Counted from the first letter of the stretch, positions 47,794 through 57,355 are shown. The stretch is DNA of 64,000 nt from Parvularculaceae bacterium (GCA_013215175.1 JABSRH010000001.1:1138-65137); one strand, 5' to 3'. The notes: a model not told the origin generated them from the sequence alone. Made by a program: numbers and translations.

Positions 47794-48189
47794 GTGATTC
47801 GCGCACAGGACAGACCCCAAGCCCAAGACGAGTGGGACCAAGCAGCCGACCTCGTTCTTCGGGTAACGACGAGAGCCTTTGGCGTTGAACGACATGATCT
47901 CATGTCGAAACGGCGATCAAAGGCCGATATCGCCTTTGCTCGACAAGTGGCGATGTACCTCTTTCACGTGGTGTTCGGCGGCACCTATCGTGAGGTGGGT
48001 CAATTATTTGGCCGTGAACGGACGACCGTAGCCTATGCCTGCAGCCTGGTGGAGGACGAACGGGACGATATCGACCTCGACCGGAAGCTGGATTCGTTAG
48101 AGGAAAGCCTCGATCGCCTTTGGGCCATTGAGTGTTTGCGCCGTGCTCGCTCGACGCGCGGCGTGCTCAGGCGTTCAGCTGCTGCTTGA
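47794..48189 (+). CDS. Stand-alone DnaA C-terminal (domain IV-like) HTH protein
   Basis: R......ARQVAMYL and VG..FGRERTTV.YAC motifs. GGAG precedes GTG 47794. Confidence 0.85.
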   Translation: MIRAQDRPQAQDEWDQAADLVLRVTTRAFGVERHDLMSKRRSKADIAFARQVAMYLFHVVFGGTYREVGQLFGRERTTVAYACSLVEDERDDIDLDRKLDSLEESLDRLWAIECLRRARSTRGVLRRSAAA

Positions 48190-49006
48190 CGGTTTGTGCT
48201 GACAAACCTGAATCGCGAAGAGACCTGAGCGTTGCCGCAAGATCGCGTTTCGCAAGACGTCGTCCTGTTTCGTCCGTGATGAGAGGATGGTGACGATAAT
48301 CTGGCTCAGGAAGATCGAGTAATCTCTGGAGTACACGGTGGAGAGGAGCTGCACCCCGCAAGTCCTCACCACGGTAAACCAGGGTGACCCCTTGGGCAGC
48401 ATCGTCGACCACCGAAGCTAAATGGTAGCTACCAGGAAAATCCTTCCGTGCCAGGACTTCATCGTCCAGTTGGGAGAGATCTACCGCATGCGTTACAGAA
48501 GTGTCCTCGTTGATCTCGGTCCAGGTCAGCGATTGCCCTGCCAACTGCCGCCGCACCTCTCCTGCGTCTAACCGCCAGGCAAACGGCTTTCCCTCCGCCA
48601 ACAGAGCTTCCTCTTCCGCAGCGGGCAGGGGAGCCGTGGCAGGAGGAGCCGGGCTCGGCCCATGGGGAGCATTGGCCAGTGCGCGCAGTTCTGACCTCGT
48701 CTTGAAGCATCGGTAGAGCAGCCCCTTGGCGCGCAGCGTCTCGAGAGCCTCCCTATAGACATCAAACCGCTCGGACTGATTCCAAGGCTCGGCGTCCCAC
48801 GCGATCCCCAGCCAAGCCAGGTCCTCGAAAATCGCCTGCACGAATTCGGGACGGCAGCGTCCCTGATCGGTGTCCTCAATCCTTAACAGGAACCGCCCGC
48901 CGCTGGCCCGGGCCAGGTCGTGATTGAGCAGCGCCGAATAGGCGTGGCCCTTATGGAGAAGGCCAGTCGGCGAGGGTGCGAAGCGGGTCACGATCATGGG
49001 CGGCAC
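48167..49006 (-). CDS. gluQ: Glutamyl-Q tRNA(Asp) synthetase
   Basis: Motifs TRFAPSPTG, HKGH, LRIEDTD, RGEDL and RLAKR. No anticodon-binding domain. Confidence 0.9.
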   Translation of the reverse strand: MPPMIVTRFAPSPTGLLHKGHAYSALLNHDLARASGGRFLLRIEDTDQGRCRPEFVQAIFEDLAWLGIAWDAEPWNQSERFDVYREALETLRAKGLLYRCFKTRSELRALANAPHGPSPAPPATAPLPAAEEEALLAEGKPFAWRLDAGEVRRQLAGQSLTWTEINEDTSVTHAVDLSQLDDEVLARKDFPGSYHLASVVDDAAQGVTLVYRGEDLRGAAPLHRVLQRLLDLPEPDYRHHPLITDETGRRLAKRDLAATLRSLRDSGLSAQTVKQQLNA

Positions 49007-49016
49007 GGGACATGCA

Positions 49017-49030
49017 TAACAAAACGTTAA
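49017..49030 (+). promoter_or_regulatory. CtrA box TAA-N7-TTAA
   Basis: TAACAAAACGTTAA immediately upstream of the RBS of the J-domain gene. Confidence 0.55.
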
Positions 49031-49044
49031 AAGGAGTTTGTCCC

Positions 49045-49551
49045 ATGTTCCAAAAGGCTCGGCTAAAGTCCAACGTTCAACCTCGACCCATCGTGATCGA
49101 GCTGCGTGACGGTCGGACCCTGCGTGGACGCTTGCAGCTGGGACCTGAGGTTCGGGCGGAGACGCTCCTCGCCAAAGCCGGCCAATTCCTCACCATTCGA
49201 ACCCCGAAAGGTGACGTCGCGATCAACCGAGATATGATCTCAGCCCTCTTGATCGGCGAAGACGAAATCGCCAGCCACCGCCAGGGCAAGGGACCAAAAG
49301 AGCAGCCAAAAGAGAAGCTTGAGGCGACAAAATCTTCAAAGGGCTATGACCCTTGCCGAATCCTGCGGGTTCGCCCCGGTGCGACGTCGGCCGAGATCAA
49401 AGCGGCATGGCGGGCTCGTATTCAAGAATGCCACCCGGACCGTGTCCGCGGCGGCGGTCACCACGAAAGCGTGGTTCAGGCAGCCCAGCGCGAGGCCGCG
49501 ATGGTCAACGCTGCTTATCAAACGCTGACCAGCCTTCGGACGGCCAATTAA
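49045..49551 (+). CDS. J-domain protein with an N-terminal small beta domain
   Basis: C-terminal DP..IL, EIKAAWR, HPDR and VNAAY motifs. AAGGAG precedes ATG 49045. Confidence 0.85.
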   Translation: MFQKARLKSNVQPRPIVIELRDGRTLRGRLQLGPEVRAETLLAKAGQFLTIRTPKGDVAINRDMISALLIGEDEIASHRQGKGPKEQPKEKLEATKSSKGYDPCRILRVRPGATSAEIKAAWRARIQECHPDRVRGGGHHESVVQAAQREAAMVNAAYQTLTSLRTAN

Positions 49552-50957
49552 CCGGCGCCGCCCACGGTGATAGCGTCGATCTTGAGGCTCGGCTGACCCA
49601 CGCCCACGGGCACGCCCTGGCCGGCCTTGCCACAAACGCCGATGCCCGGGTCGAGGGCGAAGTCGTTGCCGATCATCGACACCTTCTTCATCACCGAGGG
49701 ACCATCGCCGATGAGCGCTACGTTCTTCAGCGGTGCGCCCAGCTTACCGCCTTGGATGCGATAGGCCTCGGTGCAGTTAAAGACGAACTTTCCAGAGGTG
49801 ATATCCACTTGACCGCCAGCAAAATTCACGGCGAGGATGCCGTCTTTCACCGACTCGATCAGCTCTTCGCGAGGCTTGTCACCGCCCAGCATGAAGGTGT
49901 TGGTCATGCGCGGCATCGGCGCGTGCTGATGGCTCTCGCGACGGCCGTTCCCGGTAGCCGGCACGCCCATCAGGCGGGCATTCATGCGATCCTGCATGAA
50001 GCCAACCAGCTTGCCGTCTTCGATAAGCGTGGTGCGTGAAGTCGGCGTGCCTTCGTCGTCCACCGTCAGGGAGCCACGGCGTCCCTCAATGGTCCCATCG
50101 TCGATCACCGTGACGCCTTCCGCCGCGACTTTTTCGCCGAGGAGCCCAGCGAAGGCGGAGGTCTTCTTACGGTTGAAGTCACCTTCCAAGCCGTGGCCCA
50201 CCGCCTCGTGCAGCAGCACACCGGTCCAGCCTGAGCCCAGAACTACTTCCATCTCGCCCGCAGGGGCTGCTTCGGCCTGAAGGTTCACCAAGGCCATGCG
50301 CAGGGCTTCGTCCACTTGGGACTGCCAGAAATCAGGATGCAGCAGCCGCTCATAAGTCTCCCGTCCACCGGCACCGGTGGAACCCGTTTCGCGACGATCA
50401 CCATCTTGCGCAGTCACCGAGACATTCAGCCGGACCAGAGGCCGGATATCCGCCACGGCCTCACCGCCGGGCCGCAAAATTTGCACCTGCACCCATTCGC
50501 CCGAGAGCGATGCCGAGACCTGGCTGACCCGTGGATCCTTGTTTCGAGCGTAGGCGTCGATGTCCTGCAGCAGCTTCGTCTTCACTTCGAAAGGCACTGC
50601 CGACAGTGGATCGGAGTCCGCATAGAGGTGGCGATTCGTTTTCGGCGGGGCCGCCGCCAACACACCGCCATGGCCAGCCTTCACCGCTTCGACCGACTGC
50701 GCTGCTCGTTTGAGAGCCGCTTCCGAAAGCTCGCTGGCGTGGGCAAAGGCCACCGTTTCGCCGAGCACCGACCGCAAGCCGAAGCCTTGGGTGATGTCGT
50801 AAGAGGCGTTCTTCAGCCGCCCATCATCAAACACAAAGGCTTCTGACTGTGCGTATTCTAGGAACAGCTCGCCATCATCAGCGTGCCCGAGGGCCTGATC
50901 AATGATCGCTTTGGTGCGGGCTTCGTCGAGGTCGGTTTCGGTGAAGAAGAAACTCAT
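49548..50957 (-). CDS. tldD: Metalloprotease TldD
   Basis: Motifs HEAVGHGLEGD, PMPRMTNT and CGKAGQGVPV. Confidence 0.96.
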   Translation of the reverse strand: MSFFFTETDLDEARTKAIIDQALGHADDGELFLEYAQSEAFVFDDGRLKNASYDITQGFGLRSVLGETVAFAHASELSEAALKRAAQSVEAVKAGHGGVLAAAPPKTNRHLYADSDPLSAVPFEVKTKLLQDIDAYARNKDPRVSQVSASLSGEWVQVQILRPGGEAVADIRPLVRLNVSVTAQDGDRRETGSTGAGGRETYERLLHPDFWQSQVDEALRMALVNLQAEAAPAGEMEVVLGSGWTGVLLHEAVGHGLEGDFNRKKTSAFAGLLGEKVAAEGVTVIDDGTIEGRRGSLTVDDEGTPTSRTTLIEDGKLVGFMQDRMNARLMGVPATGNGRRESHQHAPMPRMTNTFMLGGDKPREELIESVKDGILAVNFAGGQVDITSGKFVFNCTEAYRIQGGKLGAPLKNVALIGDGPSVMKKVSMIGNDFALDPGIGVCGKAGQGVPVGVGQPSLKIDAITVGGAG

Positions 50958-51129
50958 GAGCGTCCTTTATCGGCCAAGGGCTTCGATGTGGTGCATGCCT
51001 GCCTAAAAATGCAAGTGCGGCCAAAGGATATCTCGCATCAGCGAAATTCGCAGAAAAAAGGGTTATGCGACGATATTTCTACGCCTATAGGGGCGACAAA
51101 CGTAACGATCCGGCATTAGTAGGGGCCCT

Positions 51130-52314
51130 ATGTCTCGTACCCTGTTCTCTCTTGTATTCACGGCGCTAGTTGGCTTTTCAACTCTCGTCGGGACCGCTTC
51201 AGCCCAAGAATCAGCTGACCTTCCAGACCCGCACGGCATTGGCTTGCGCGAGGCAGCGACGCCGGTGGCTGAGGAAATTCATATCTTTTACGACGCGATC
51301 CTCGTGCCGATGAAGCTGGGCATCAGTTTCTTCGTCCTGGGTCTGCTGGTTTGGGTAGCCGTTCGCTACAACAAGAAGGCTAATCCTGAGCCGAGCAAGT
51401 TCAGCCACAACACACCGGTGGAAGTGGCCTGGACGGTGATCCCGGTGCTGATCCTTCTCATCATCGCCGTTCCGTCGTTTGAGCTGCTGCAGGTCGAAGA
51501 CAAAATGCCAGACGGCCAAGTCTACGAATACGAGAAGCAGTCAGGTACGCTCTTCGGTTTCGAGAACGATTTCCCTGAAGCCCGCATGGTCAACAAGAAG
51601 CGCCACATCGAAGTGGCAGCGGTTGCCGACAGCGGTGAGCGTCGTCTTCTTCAGCCAGGCCGCGACTATGACGTGGAAGGTCTCGGCGATCCGCAAGTCA
51701 CCGTGAAGCTCGCCGAGGCGCTGCCTGGTTCCGAGCACCTGATGATCCGCGCGGGCCGCACTCGGGTCGGCAAGAAGAAAGTCCTCGGCGTCTTCGGTAG
51801 CGATCGCTCGGAGATTGTCCCTGCGCCGAGCATCACGATCAAAGCCACGGGCTTCCAGTGGGGTTGGAAATACAGCTACCCCGACTTCGGCGACTACGAG
51901 TTCACAGCGCTGATGCTGTCCGAGCAGGAGGCGGGTAAAGACCTTTATCGCTTCGCGACCGACAACGACATCGTGATCCCAGAGGGCGAGACCATCCGCC
52001 TGATCACCACGGCGGAAGACGTTATCCACTCGTGGGCCATGCCAGCGTTCGGCGTGAAGATCGACGCGATCCCAGGTCGCCTCAACGAGACATGGTTCTA
52101 CACCGAGAAGAAGAACACCTATTACGGTCAGTGTTCGGAGATCTGCGGCAAGGACCACGCGTTCATGCCGATCTCGATCAAAGTGGTCACCCGCGAAGAA
52201 TTCGAAGCTTGGGTCGACCAGCGTCGCGAAGACGAAGGTCTTGAGCCCATGTTCGGCCAACAAAATCTTGCAGCCGTCCAAGGCGGCGCCAGCGTCCAAG
52301 CAGCGCTGAAGTAA
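51130..52314 (+). CDS. coxB: Cytochrome c oxidase subunit II with a ~100-aa insertion
   Basis: Two TM segments, QWGWKYSY, DVIHSW and CuA motif CSEICGKDHAFM. Confidence 0.95.
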   Translation: MSRTLFSLVFTALVGFSTLVGTASAQESADLPDPHGIGLREAATPVAEEIHIFYDAILVPMKLGISFFVLGLLVWVAVRYNKKANPEPSKFSHNTPVEVAWTVIPVLILLIIAVPSFELLQVEDKMPDGQVYEYEKQSGTLFGFENDFPEARMVNKKRHIEVAAVADSGERRLLQPGRDYDVEGLGDPQVTVKLAEALPGSEHLMIRAGRTRVGKKKVLGVFGSDRSEIVPAPSITIKATGFQWGWKYSYPDFGDYEFTALMLSEQEAGKDLYRFATDNDIVIPEGETIRLITTAEDVIHSWAMPAFGVKIDAIPGRLNETWFYTEKKNTYYGQCSEICGKDHAFMPISIKVVTREEFEAWVDQRREDEGLEPMFGQQNLAAVQGGASVQAALK

Positions 52315-52329
52315 AGGGAATAGCGTATC

Positions 52330-53979
52330 ATGAGTGCCACTGATCACGTTGCCGACAGCCACGCGGACCACGACCACAAGCCAGGCTTTTGGGTGCGTTG
52401 GTTCTATTCCACCAACCACAAAGACATTGGTATTCTCTACCTGATCTTCGCTATCCTGGCAGGTGTCGTTGGCGGCGCCATGTCGGGTCTAATGCGGATC
52501 GAGCTGGCTGAGCCCGGCATCACGTTCCTCACCAATTTCACGTCGGGTACGCCGCAACAACAGCTCGACTCAGCGAAGAACTTCTACAACGTCCTGATCA
52601 CGTATCACGGCCTCATCATGATCTTCTTCATGGTGATGCCTGCTCTGATCGGCGGCTTTGGCAACTTCTTTGTACCGATCATGATCGGCGCGCCGGACAT
52701 GGCGTTCCCGCGCATGAACAACATTTCGTTCTGGCTCTACGGTGCATCCGCAACGCTCCTGGGTCTGTCGATGCTCGCGCCGGGTTACGGCGAGGAGATC
52801 GGTTTCGGCGGGGGCTGGGTGCTCTATCCGCCGCTATCCACCCAAGGCGGGCCAGCGATGGACCTCCTGATCGTGTCGCTGCACCTTGCGGGTGTCAGCT
52901 CGATCCTCGGTGCCATCAACTTCATCACCACCATCTTCAATATGCGTGCACCCGGCATGACGCTGCACAAGATGCCGCTCTTCGCTTGGGCGGTTCTGGT
53001 TACCGCGTTCCTACTGGTTCTCTCGCTGCCAGTGCTGGCGGGTGCTATCACCATGCTGCTGACGGACCGCATGTTTGGCACAGCGTTCTTTGACGCGGCC
53101 CAAGGCGGTGACCCTGTTCTGTACCAGCACCTCTTCTGGTTCTTCGGTCACCCCGAAGTGTACATCTTGATTTTGCCGGCTTTCGGCATCATCAGCCACA
53201 TCGTCTCCACCTTCTCGAAGAAGCCAGTTTTCGGCTACCTCGCGATGGCTTACGCTATGGTGGCCATTGGCTTCATCGGCTTCATCGTGTGGGCCCACCA
53301 CATGTATACCGTGGGTCTGTCGGTGAACATGAAGGCCTACTTCGTGGCGGCGACGATGGTCATCGCGGTGCCAACAGGCATCAAGATCTTCTCGTGGATC
53401 GCCACCATGTGGGGCGGCTCCATCGAGTTTAAGGTCCCCATGCTGTGGGCAATCGGCTTCATCTTCCTGTTCACCGTTGGCGGTGTGACGGGCGTGCTGC
53501 TCGCGAACGCTGGTATCGACCACTACATGCACGACACCTATTATGTGGTGGCGCACTTCCACTACGTGCTCAGCTTGGGTGCCGTGTTCGCCATTTTTGC
53601 GGCCTGGTACTACTGGCACGAGAAAATGTTCGGCGTGAAGTACAACGGCCTCCTCGGTGGTCTGCACTTCTGGACCATGTTCGTGGGCGTGAACCTGATC
53701 TTCTTCCCGCAGCACTTCCTCGGTCTGCAAGGCATGCCACGTCGCTACATCGACTATGCCGACGCCTATGCTTTCTGGAACGAGATTTCGACCTTTGGCT
53801 ACTACGTCACCGTTCTGGCGATGGGTTTCTGGTTCCTCGGCCTGATCCAAGCCTTCTTCTTCGGTAAGAAGGGCGAGGCGCAGGACAACCCATGGGGCGA
53901 GGGCGCCACGACGCTTGAGTGGACCCTTCCAAGCCCACCGCCTTACCACCAGTTCAACGAGCTGCCGAAGATCAAGTAA
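52330..53979 (+). CDS. coxA: Cytochrome c oxidase subunit I (A1 type)
   Basis: Motifs [20 protein letters not shown] and HFHY. Confidence 0.98.
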   Translation: MSATDHVADSHADHDHKPGFWVRWFYSTNHKDIGILYLIFAILAGVVGGAMSGLMRIELAEPGITFLTNFTSGTPQQQLDSAKNFYNVLITYHGLIMIFFMVMPALIGGFGNFFVPIMIGAPDMAFPRMNNISFWLYGASATLLGLSMLAPGYGEEIGFGGGWVLYPPLSTQGGPAMDLLIVSLHLAGVSSILGAINFITTIFNMRAPGMTLHKMPLFAWAVLVTAFLLVLSLPVLAGAITMLLTDRMFGTAFFDAAQGGDPVLYQHLFWFFGHPEVYILILPAFGIISHIVSTFSKKPVFGYLAMAYAMVAIGFIGFIVWAHHMYTVGLSVNMKAYFVAATMVIAVPTGIKIFSWIATMWGGSIEFKVPMLWAIGFIFLFTVGGVTGVLLANAGIDHYMHDTYYVVAHFHYVLSLGAVFAIFAAWYYWHEKMFGVKYNGLLGGLHFWTMFVGVNLIFFPQHFLGLQGMPRRYIDYADAYAFWNEISTFGYYVTVLAMGFWFLGLIQAFFFGKKGEAQDNPWGEGATTLEWTLPSPPPYHQFNELPKIK

Positions 53980-54013
53980 CTTCGAAGGTTCGCGGCGAGC
54001 GACATCAAACGTG

Positions 54014-54046
54014 AAAGCCGCGCCCTTCGACTGGAGGCGCGGCTTT
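54014..54046 (+). terminator. Hairpin/terminator after coxA
   Basis: AAAGCCGCGCC...GGCGCGGCTTT, an 11-bp stem. Confidence 0.65.
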
Positions 54047-54082
54047 CTGCTATAAGCCCGCCGACAACGAGAAAGACGAACG

Positions 54083-55000
54083 ATGAGCGATACCGTCGCG
54101 ACACCAGGGGATGAGACCCCCGCCCACCTCACGGCCAGCCCGCGGGACTATGCCGCTCTGCTCAAGCCTCGGGTGATGAGCCTGTCGATCTTTACCGCGC
54201 TCGCCGGCATGGTCGCCGCGCCGGGCGCGATCTCAAACTGGGGCCTCGCCATTCTCTCGACCATCGCGATCGCGTTGGGCGCGGGCGCGTCGGCGGCCCT
54301 CAACATGTGGTGGGACGCCGACATCGACGGCAAGATGAGCCGCACCGCCAAACGCCCGATCCCCGACGGCAAGGTTCCCGCCGCAGAAGCTTTCGCCCTG
54401 GGCCTCGTCCTGTCAGCTTTGTCGGTATGGCTGTTAGCGCTGTCAGGCGGCTATCTCGCCGCTGCGCTGCTCGCGGTTACCATCGGCTTCTACGTGGTGG
54501 TCTACTCAATGCTGCTCAAGCGCCGTACACCCCAGAATATTGTGATCGGCGGTGCCGCAGGGGCCTTGCCGCCCGTGGTTGGGTACGCTGCTGTCACCGG
54601 CACTGCCCCTTGGGAGGCGTGGGCGCTCTTTGCGTTGATCTTCCTTTGGACACCGCCACACTTCTGGGCGCTCAGCCTCCTGAAGAAGGACGACTACGAG
54701 GCTGCCGGTATCCCGATGCTACCCAACGTGGCGGGCGATCGCGAGACCCACAACCAGATCGTTCTTTACACGATCGTCCTCGTCATTGCGGCGCCATTCT
54801 TGGCGCTCTTCCCCATCGCTGGTTGGCCCTACGTGGCCGCCTCGGTGATCATGGGCGTCGAGTTCTTGCGCCGTTCTTGGATCCTTCGCCAAGAGCCGGG
54901 CAACAAGGCAGCAGGCAAACTGTTCGCCTTCTCGATCTTCTATTTGTTCGCGTTGTTCCTGGTGCTGTTGATCGAACATTGGGCGGGTCTACATGGCTGA
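54083..55000 (+). CDS. ctaB: Protoheme IX farnesyltransferase
   Basis: Motifs LKPRVM, D.DID..M.RT..RP, KRRTPQNIVIGG and WTPPHF. Confidence 0.96.
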   Translation: MSDTVATPGDETPAHLTASPRDYAALLKPRVMSLSIFTALAGMVAAPGAISNWGLAILSTIAIALGAGASAALNMWWDADIDGKMSRTAKRPIPDGKVPAAEAFALGLVLSALSVWLLALSGGYLAAALLAVTIGFYVVVYSMLLKRRTPQNIVIGGAAGALPPVVGYAAVTGTAPWEAWALFALIFLWTPPHFWALSLLKKDDYEAAGIPMLPNVAGDRETHNQIVLYTIVLVIAAPFLALFPIAGWPYVAASVIMGVEFLRRSWILRQEPGNKAAGKLFAFSIFYLFALFLVLLIEHWAGLHG

Positions 55001-55355
55001 TGAAAACGAGAATATGGGCCTGCGCGGCAAGGTGACCGACGCCTTCGATCGTGAACTCGGCATCCCAGTCGAGGAAAAGAAGCCTGAGCCCCAACCCGAA
55101 CCCGAGCCTGAAGAGACGCCTGCTGACGAAGACCTGCAAGCTTCTGCCAAGGAAGTGGATCCTCGTGGTCTCGGTTTCGACGATGTCGGTGAGGGCACGC
55201 CGACGGGTGAGATGCACACGCAAACGGAGGCCGAACGGAAGGCGCAGAACCGCCGCAACGCAGCGATTGCTTTCTCCGTGCTCGGCTTTGTTATTCTCGT
55301 CTACCTGACAACCTTCTTCCGCCTCGCAGAGAACCTCAAAGGGGCGGCAGGCTAG
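54993..55355 (+). CDS. Small cox-operon membrane protein (CoxF-like) with an acidic Pro/Glu N-terminal extension
   Basis: RRNAAIAFSVLGFVILVY TM segment, located between ctaB and ctaG. Confidence 0.7.
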   Translation: MADENENMGLRGKVTDAFDRELGIPVEEKKPEPQPEPEPEETPADEDLQASAKEVDPRGLGFDDVGEGTPTGEMHTQTEAERKAQNRRNAAIAFSVLGFVILVYLTTFFRLAENLKGAAG

Positions 55356-55357
55356 TT

Positions 55358-55924
55358 ATGGATCAAAACGCCCGTACAGCGCTCAGCGTCTCTGGTGTCG
55401 TGGTCGGCATGGTGGCCATGTCGTTTGCCGCCGTCCCGCTTTACCGTGCGTTCTGCCAAGTGACCGGTTGGGGCGGCACAACGCAAGTGGCTGAGCAGTA
55501 CGCAGATCGTGTGCTCGACCGTGAAGTCACCGTGCGCTTCGACGCCAGCCGCGCCAAGGGGATTCCATGGGAATTCAAACCGGCCCAGGTGAGCCAAACC
55601 CTGCGCATCGGCGAGTCGGGCTTGGCTTTCTACGAAGCGACCAACATGTCCGACGAACCGATCATCGGCAGCGCCACTTTCAACGTGCAGCCCGCCAAGG
55701 CCGGTCAGTACTTTATGAAGGTCGATTGCTTCTGCTTTGAAGAGCAGCTGCTCCAGCCTGGCGAGACCATGCTGATGCCGGTGACCTACTTCATCGACCC
55801 CGATCTCGACGACGAGCGCAACCTCGATGAGGTCCGCGAGATCACCCTCAGCTACACCTTCTACCGCAACGAAGACGCAGAAAAGCGAGAAGGTCTGAAC
55901 GCTGAGCGTTACGCGTCGCGCTAG
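55358..55924 (+). CDS. ctaG: Cytochrome c oxidase assembly protein Cox11/CtaG
   Basis: Motifs VPLYRAFCQVTG, CFCF and TLSYTF. Confidence 0.96.
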   Translation: MDQNARTALSVSGVVVGMVAMSFAAVPLYRAFCQVTGWGGTTQVAEQYADRVLDREVTVRFDASRAKGIPWEFKPAQVSQTLRIGESGLAFYEATNMSDEPIIGSATFNVQPAKAGQYFMKVDCFCFEEQLLQPGETMLMPVTYFIDPDLDDERNLDEVREITLSYTFYRNEDAEKREGLNAERYASR

Positions 55925-55927
55925 CCT

Positions 55928-56230
55928 GTGGTCTTGACCAAAAAGCCGCTGCCAAAATTTGACGCTTCCTTCGGTCAGTTCATGGACTGGGGAGGATACG
56001 TTCTGTCTGAGCCGTCTCACTGGGCAGGCGTGGGAACGGTTTTCGCCCTCGGTGGGTTGGCTTGGTTTTGGCACGGATTGGGCGTTTCCGGTGCCGTACT
56101 GGTCCCCGTGGCGGTCGCTGCTGGTGTGTTGTGGGCTGCATGCACGTTGAGAGCGATGAGACGCGCTTACTTGCGCGTTTTCCGAGAACAATTAACTCGA
56201 CAGTGCGCTGACAAAAATGATTCGCGGTAG
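55928..56230 (+). CDS. Hypothetical 2-TM membrane protein
   Basis: Starts 3 bp after ctaG, with two hydrophobic segments followed by basic residues. Confidence 0.5.
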   Translation: MVLTKKPLPKFDASFGQFMDWGGYVLSEPSHWAGVGTVFALGGLAWFWHGLGVSGAVLVPVAVAAGVLWAACTLRAMRRAYLRVFREQLTRQCADKNDSR

Positions 56231-56365
56231 CCGTTGAGCGCTGTTCACGGCGTAGACCGTGGGGTCCATCACCGAACGGTAGGACCAGCAATATACAACA
56301 GGAGATTGGTGCCACGGTCTTCGCCGTGGCAAGCGCCAAGCGGTACTGTGGCAAATGCCTGGAGA

Positions 56366-56863
56366 CTAAAGCGCCGAGAACGCCTGCGCGTAGTCCGCTT
56401 TCGCAGGCGCCACCGGCTCGTCCTCATCCAGCAGCGCGAAGCCGAAATGCTCTTTCGGGTACGCGGTCTCAAACGGTGCTGCGGCATCAGCTTCGAAGCC
56501 AAATCGTTCGTAGTAGGACAAATCACCCAAAACGAAGACACCGCGCCAGTCGTTGGCACTCGCCATCGCCAGGGCACTCTCGATCAGGCTCCCGGCCACA
56601 CCTTGCTTGCGGACCGCCTCTACTGTCGCGACGGGGGCCAGGCCTAAGCACTGCTCAGGACTCTGCATCGCCGAAAGCATCACGTGGCCGATGATCTCGC
56701 CCTCTGCATCAGCGAGAAACTCCACCTCAGCATCACCCTGTTCACGGAGCATCTGGACCAGCTTCGCTTCCGCATCACTGGGGAAGGCAGCCCTCAGCAG
56801 AGCGTCCACGGCGGCCGCATCACTATCCTCGTAAGGACGGATTTCCCAGTCGATTTCACTCAC
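56366..56863 (-). CDS. GNAT family N-acetyltransferase (YhbS-like)
   Basis: Motifs EAKLV..LR, LAPVA, RKQGVA and VLGD.SYYERFGF. Confidence 0.9.
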   Translation of the reverse strand: MSEIDWEIRPYEDSDAAAVDALLRAAFPSDAEAKLVQMLREQGDAEVEFLADAEGEIIGHVMLSAMQSPEQCLGLAPVATVEAVRKQGVAGSLIESALAMASANDWRGVFVLGDLSYYERFGFEADAAAPFETAYPKEHFGFALLDEDEPVAPAKADYAQAFSAL

Positions 56864-57267
56864 GCGCTTGCCTCAGCCTTGATCCGCTTGATCATGCTCA
56901 CCACGCCATTGGATCGCTGCGGCGTGATGTGCTCTTTCAAGTCGATCTCCGCCAGTTTGGCCTCGGCGTCGAGGGCTGCCACGGCGGCTTTCGTCTGCCC
57001 CGAGAACAAGCTGACCATCAGGGCGACCAAGCCCTTTACGATGGCGGCATCGCTATCACCTCGAAACTTGATCGTGTCGCCCTCGTTCTCGAACACCAGC
57101 CACACCTGGCTGGCACAGCCGCGGACGCGTGTCTCTTCGTTCTGCTCGGTTTCGGCGAGAGCAGGAAGCTGCCGCCCCAGATCGATGAGGTAGCGGTACT
57201 TTTCGTCCCAATCATCGATGAAGGCGAAGTCGGCGGCGATGTCGTCAAAGGAAGGAAGGCTGCTCAT
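56860..57267 (-). CDS. sufE: SufE family Fe-S sulfur acceptor
   Basis: Motifs DWDEKYRYLIDLG, VRGCASQVW, DSDAAIVKGL and TPQRSNG. Start ATG 57267. Confidence 0.92.
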   Translation of the reverse strand: MSSLPSFDDIAADFAFIDDWDEKYRYLIDLGRQLPALAETEQNEETRVRGCASQVWLVFENEGDTIKFRGDSDAAIVKGLVALMVSLFSGQTKAAVAALDAEAKLAEIDLKEHITPQRSNGVVSMIKRIKAEASA

Positions 57268-57281
57268 AGCGAGGCAGCTAA

Positions 57282-57319
57282 TAACAAAAGGACGCCATGG
57301 CCAGTGCCATAGCGTCCTT
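57282..57319 (-). terminator. Intrinsic terminator of the secreted hypothetical gene
   Basis: On the minus strand, AAGGACGCTATGGC-ACTG-GCCATGGCGTCCTT followed by TTGTTA. Confidence 0.7.
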
Positions 57320-57355
57320 CTCACCCTGTGACCTTTTCGGTCTAGGAAGGATTTC

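Noticed and set aside
56224-56349. 6S RNA or SRP RNA interpretation
   Set aside because: I recognised no central bubble or alphaproteobacterial 6S motif and no SRP domain IV motif.
56234-56647. 137-aa plus-strand ORF with an AGGAGA motif
   Set aside because: It overlaps the GNAT gene antisense, has Arg-rich shadow composition and no recognisable motif.
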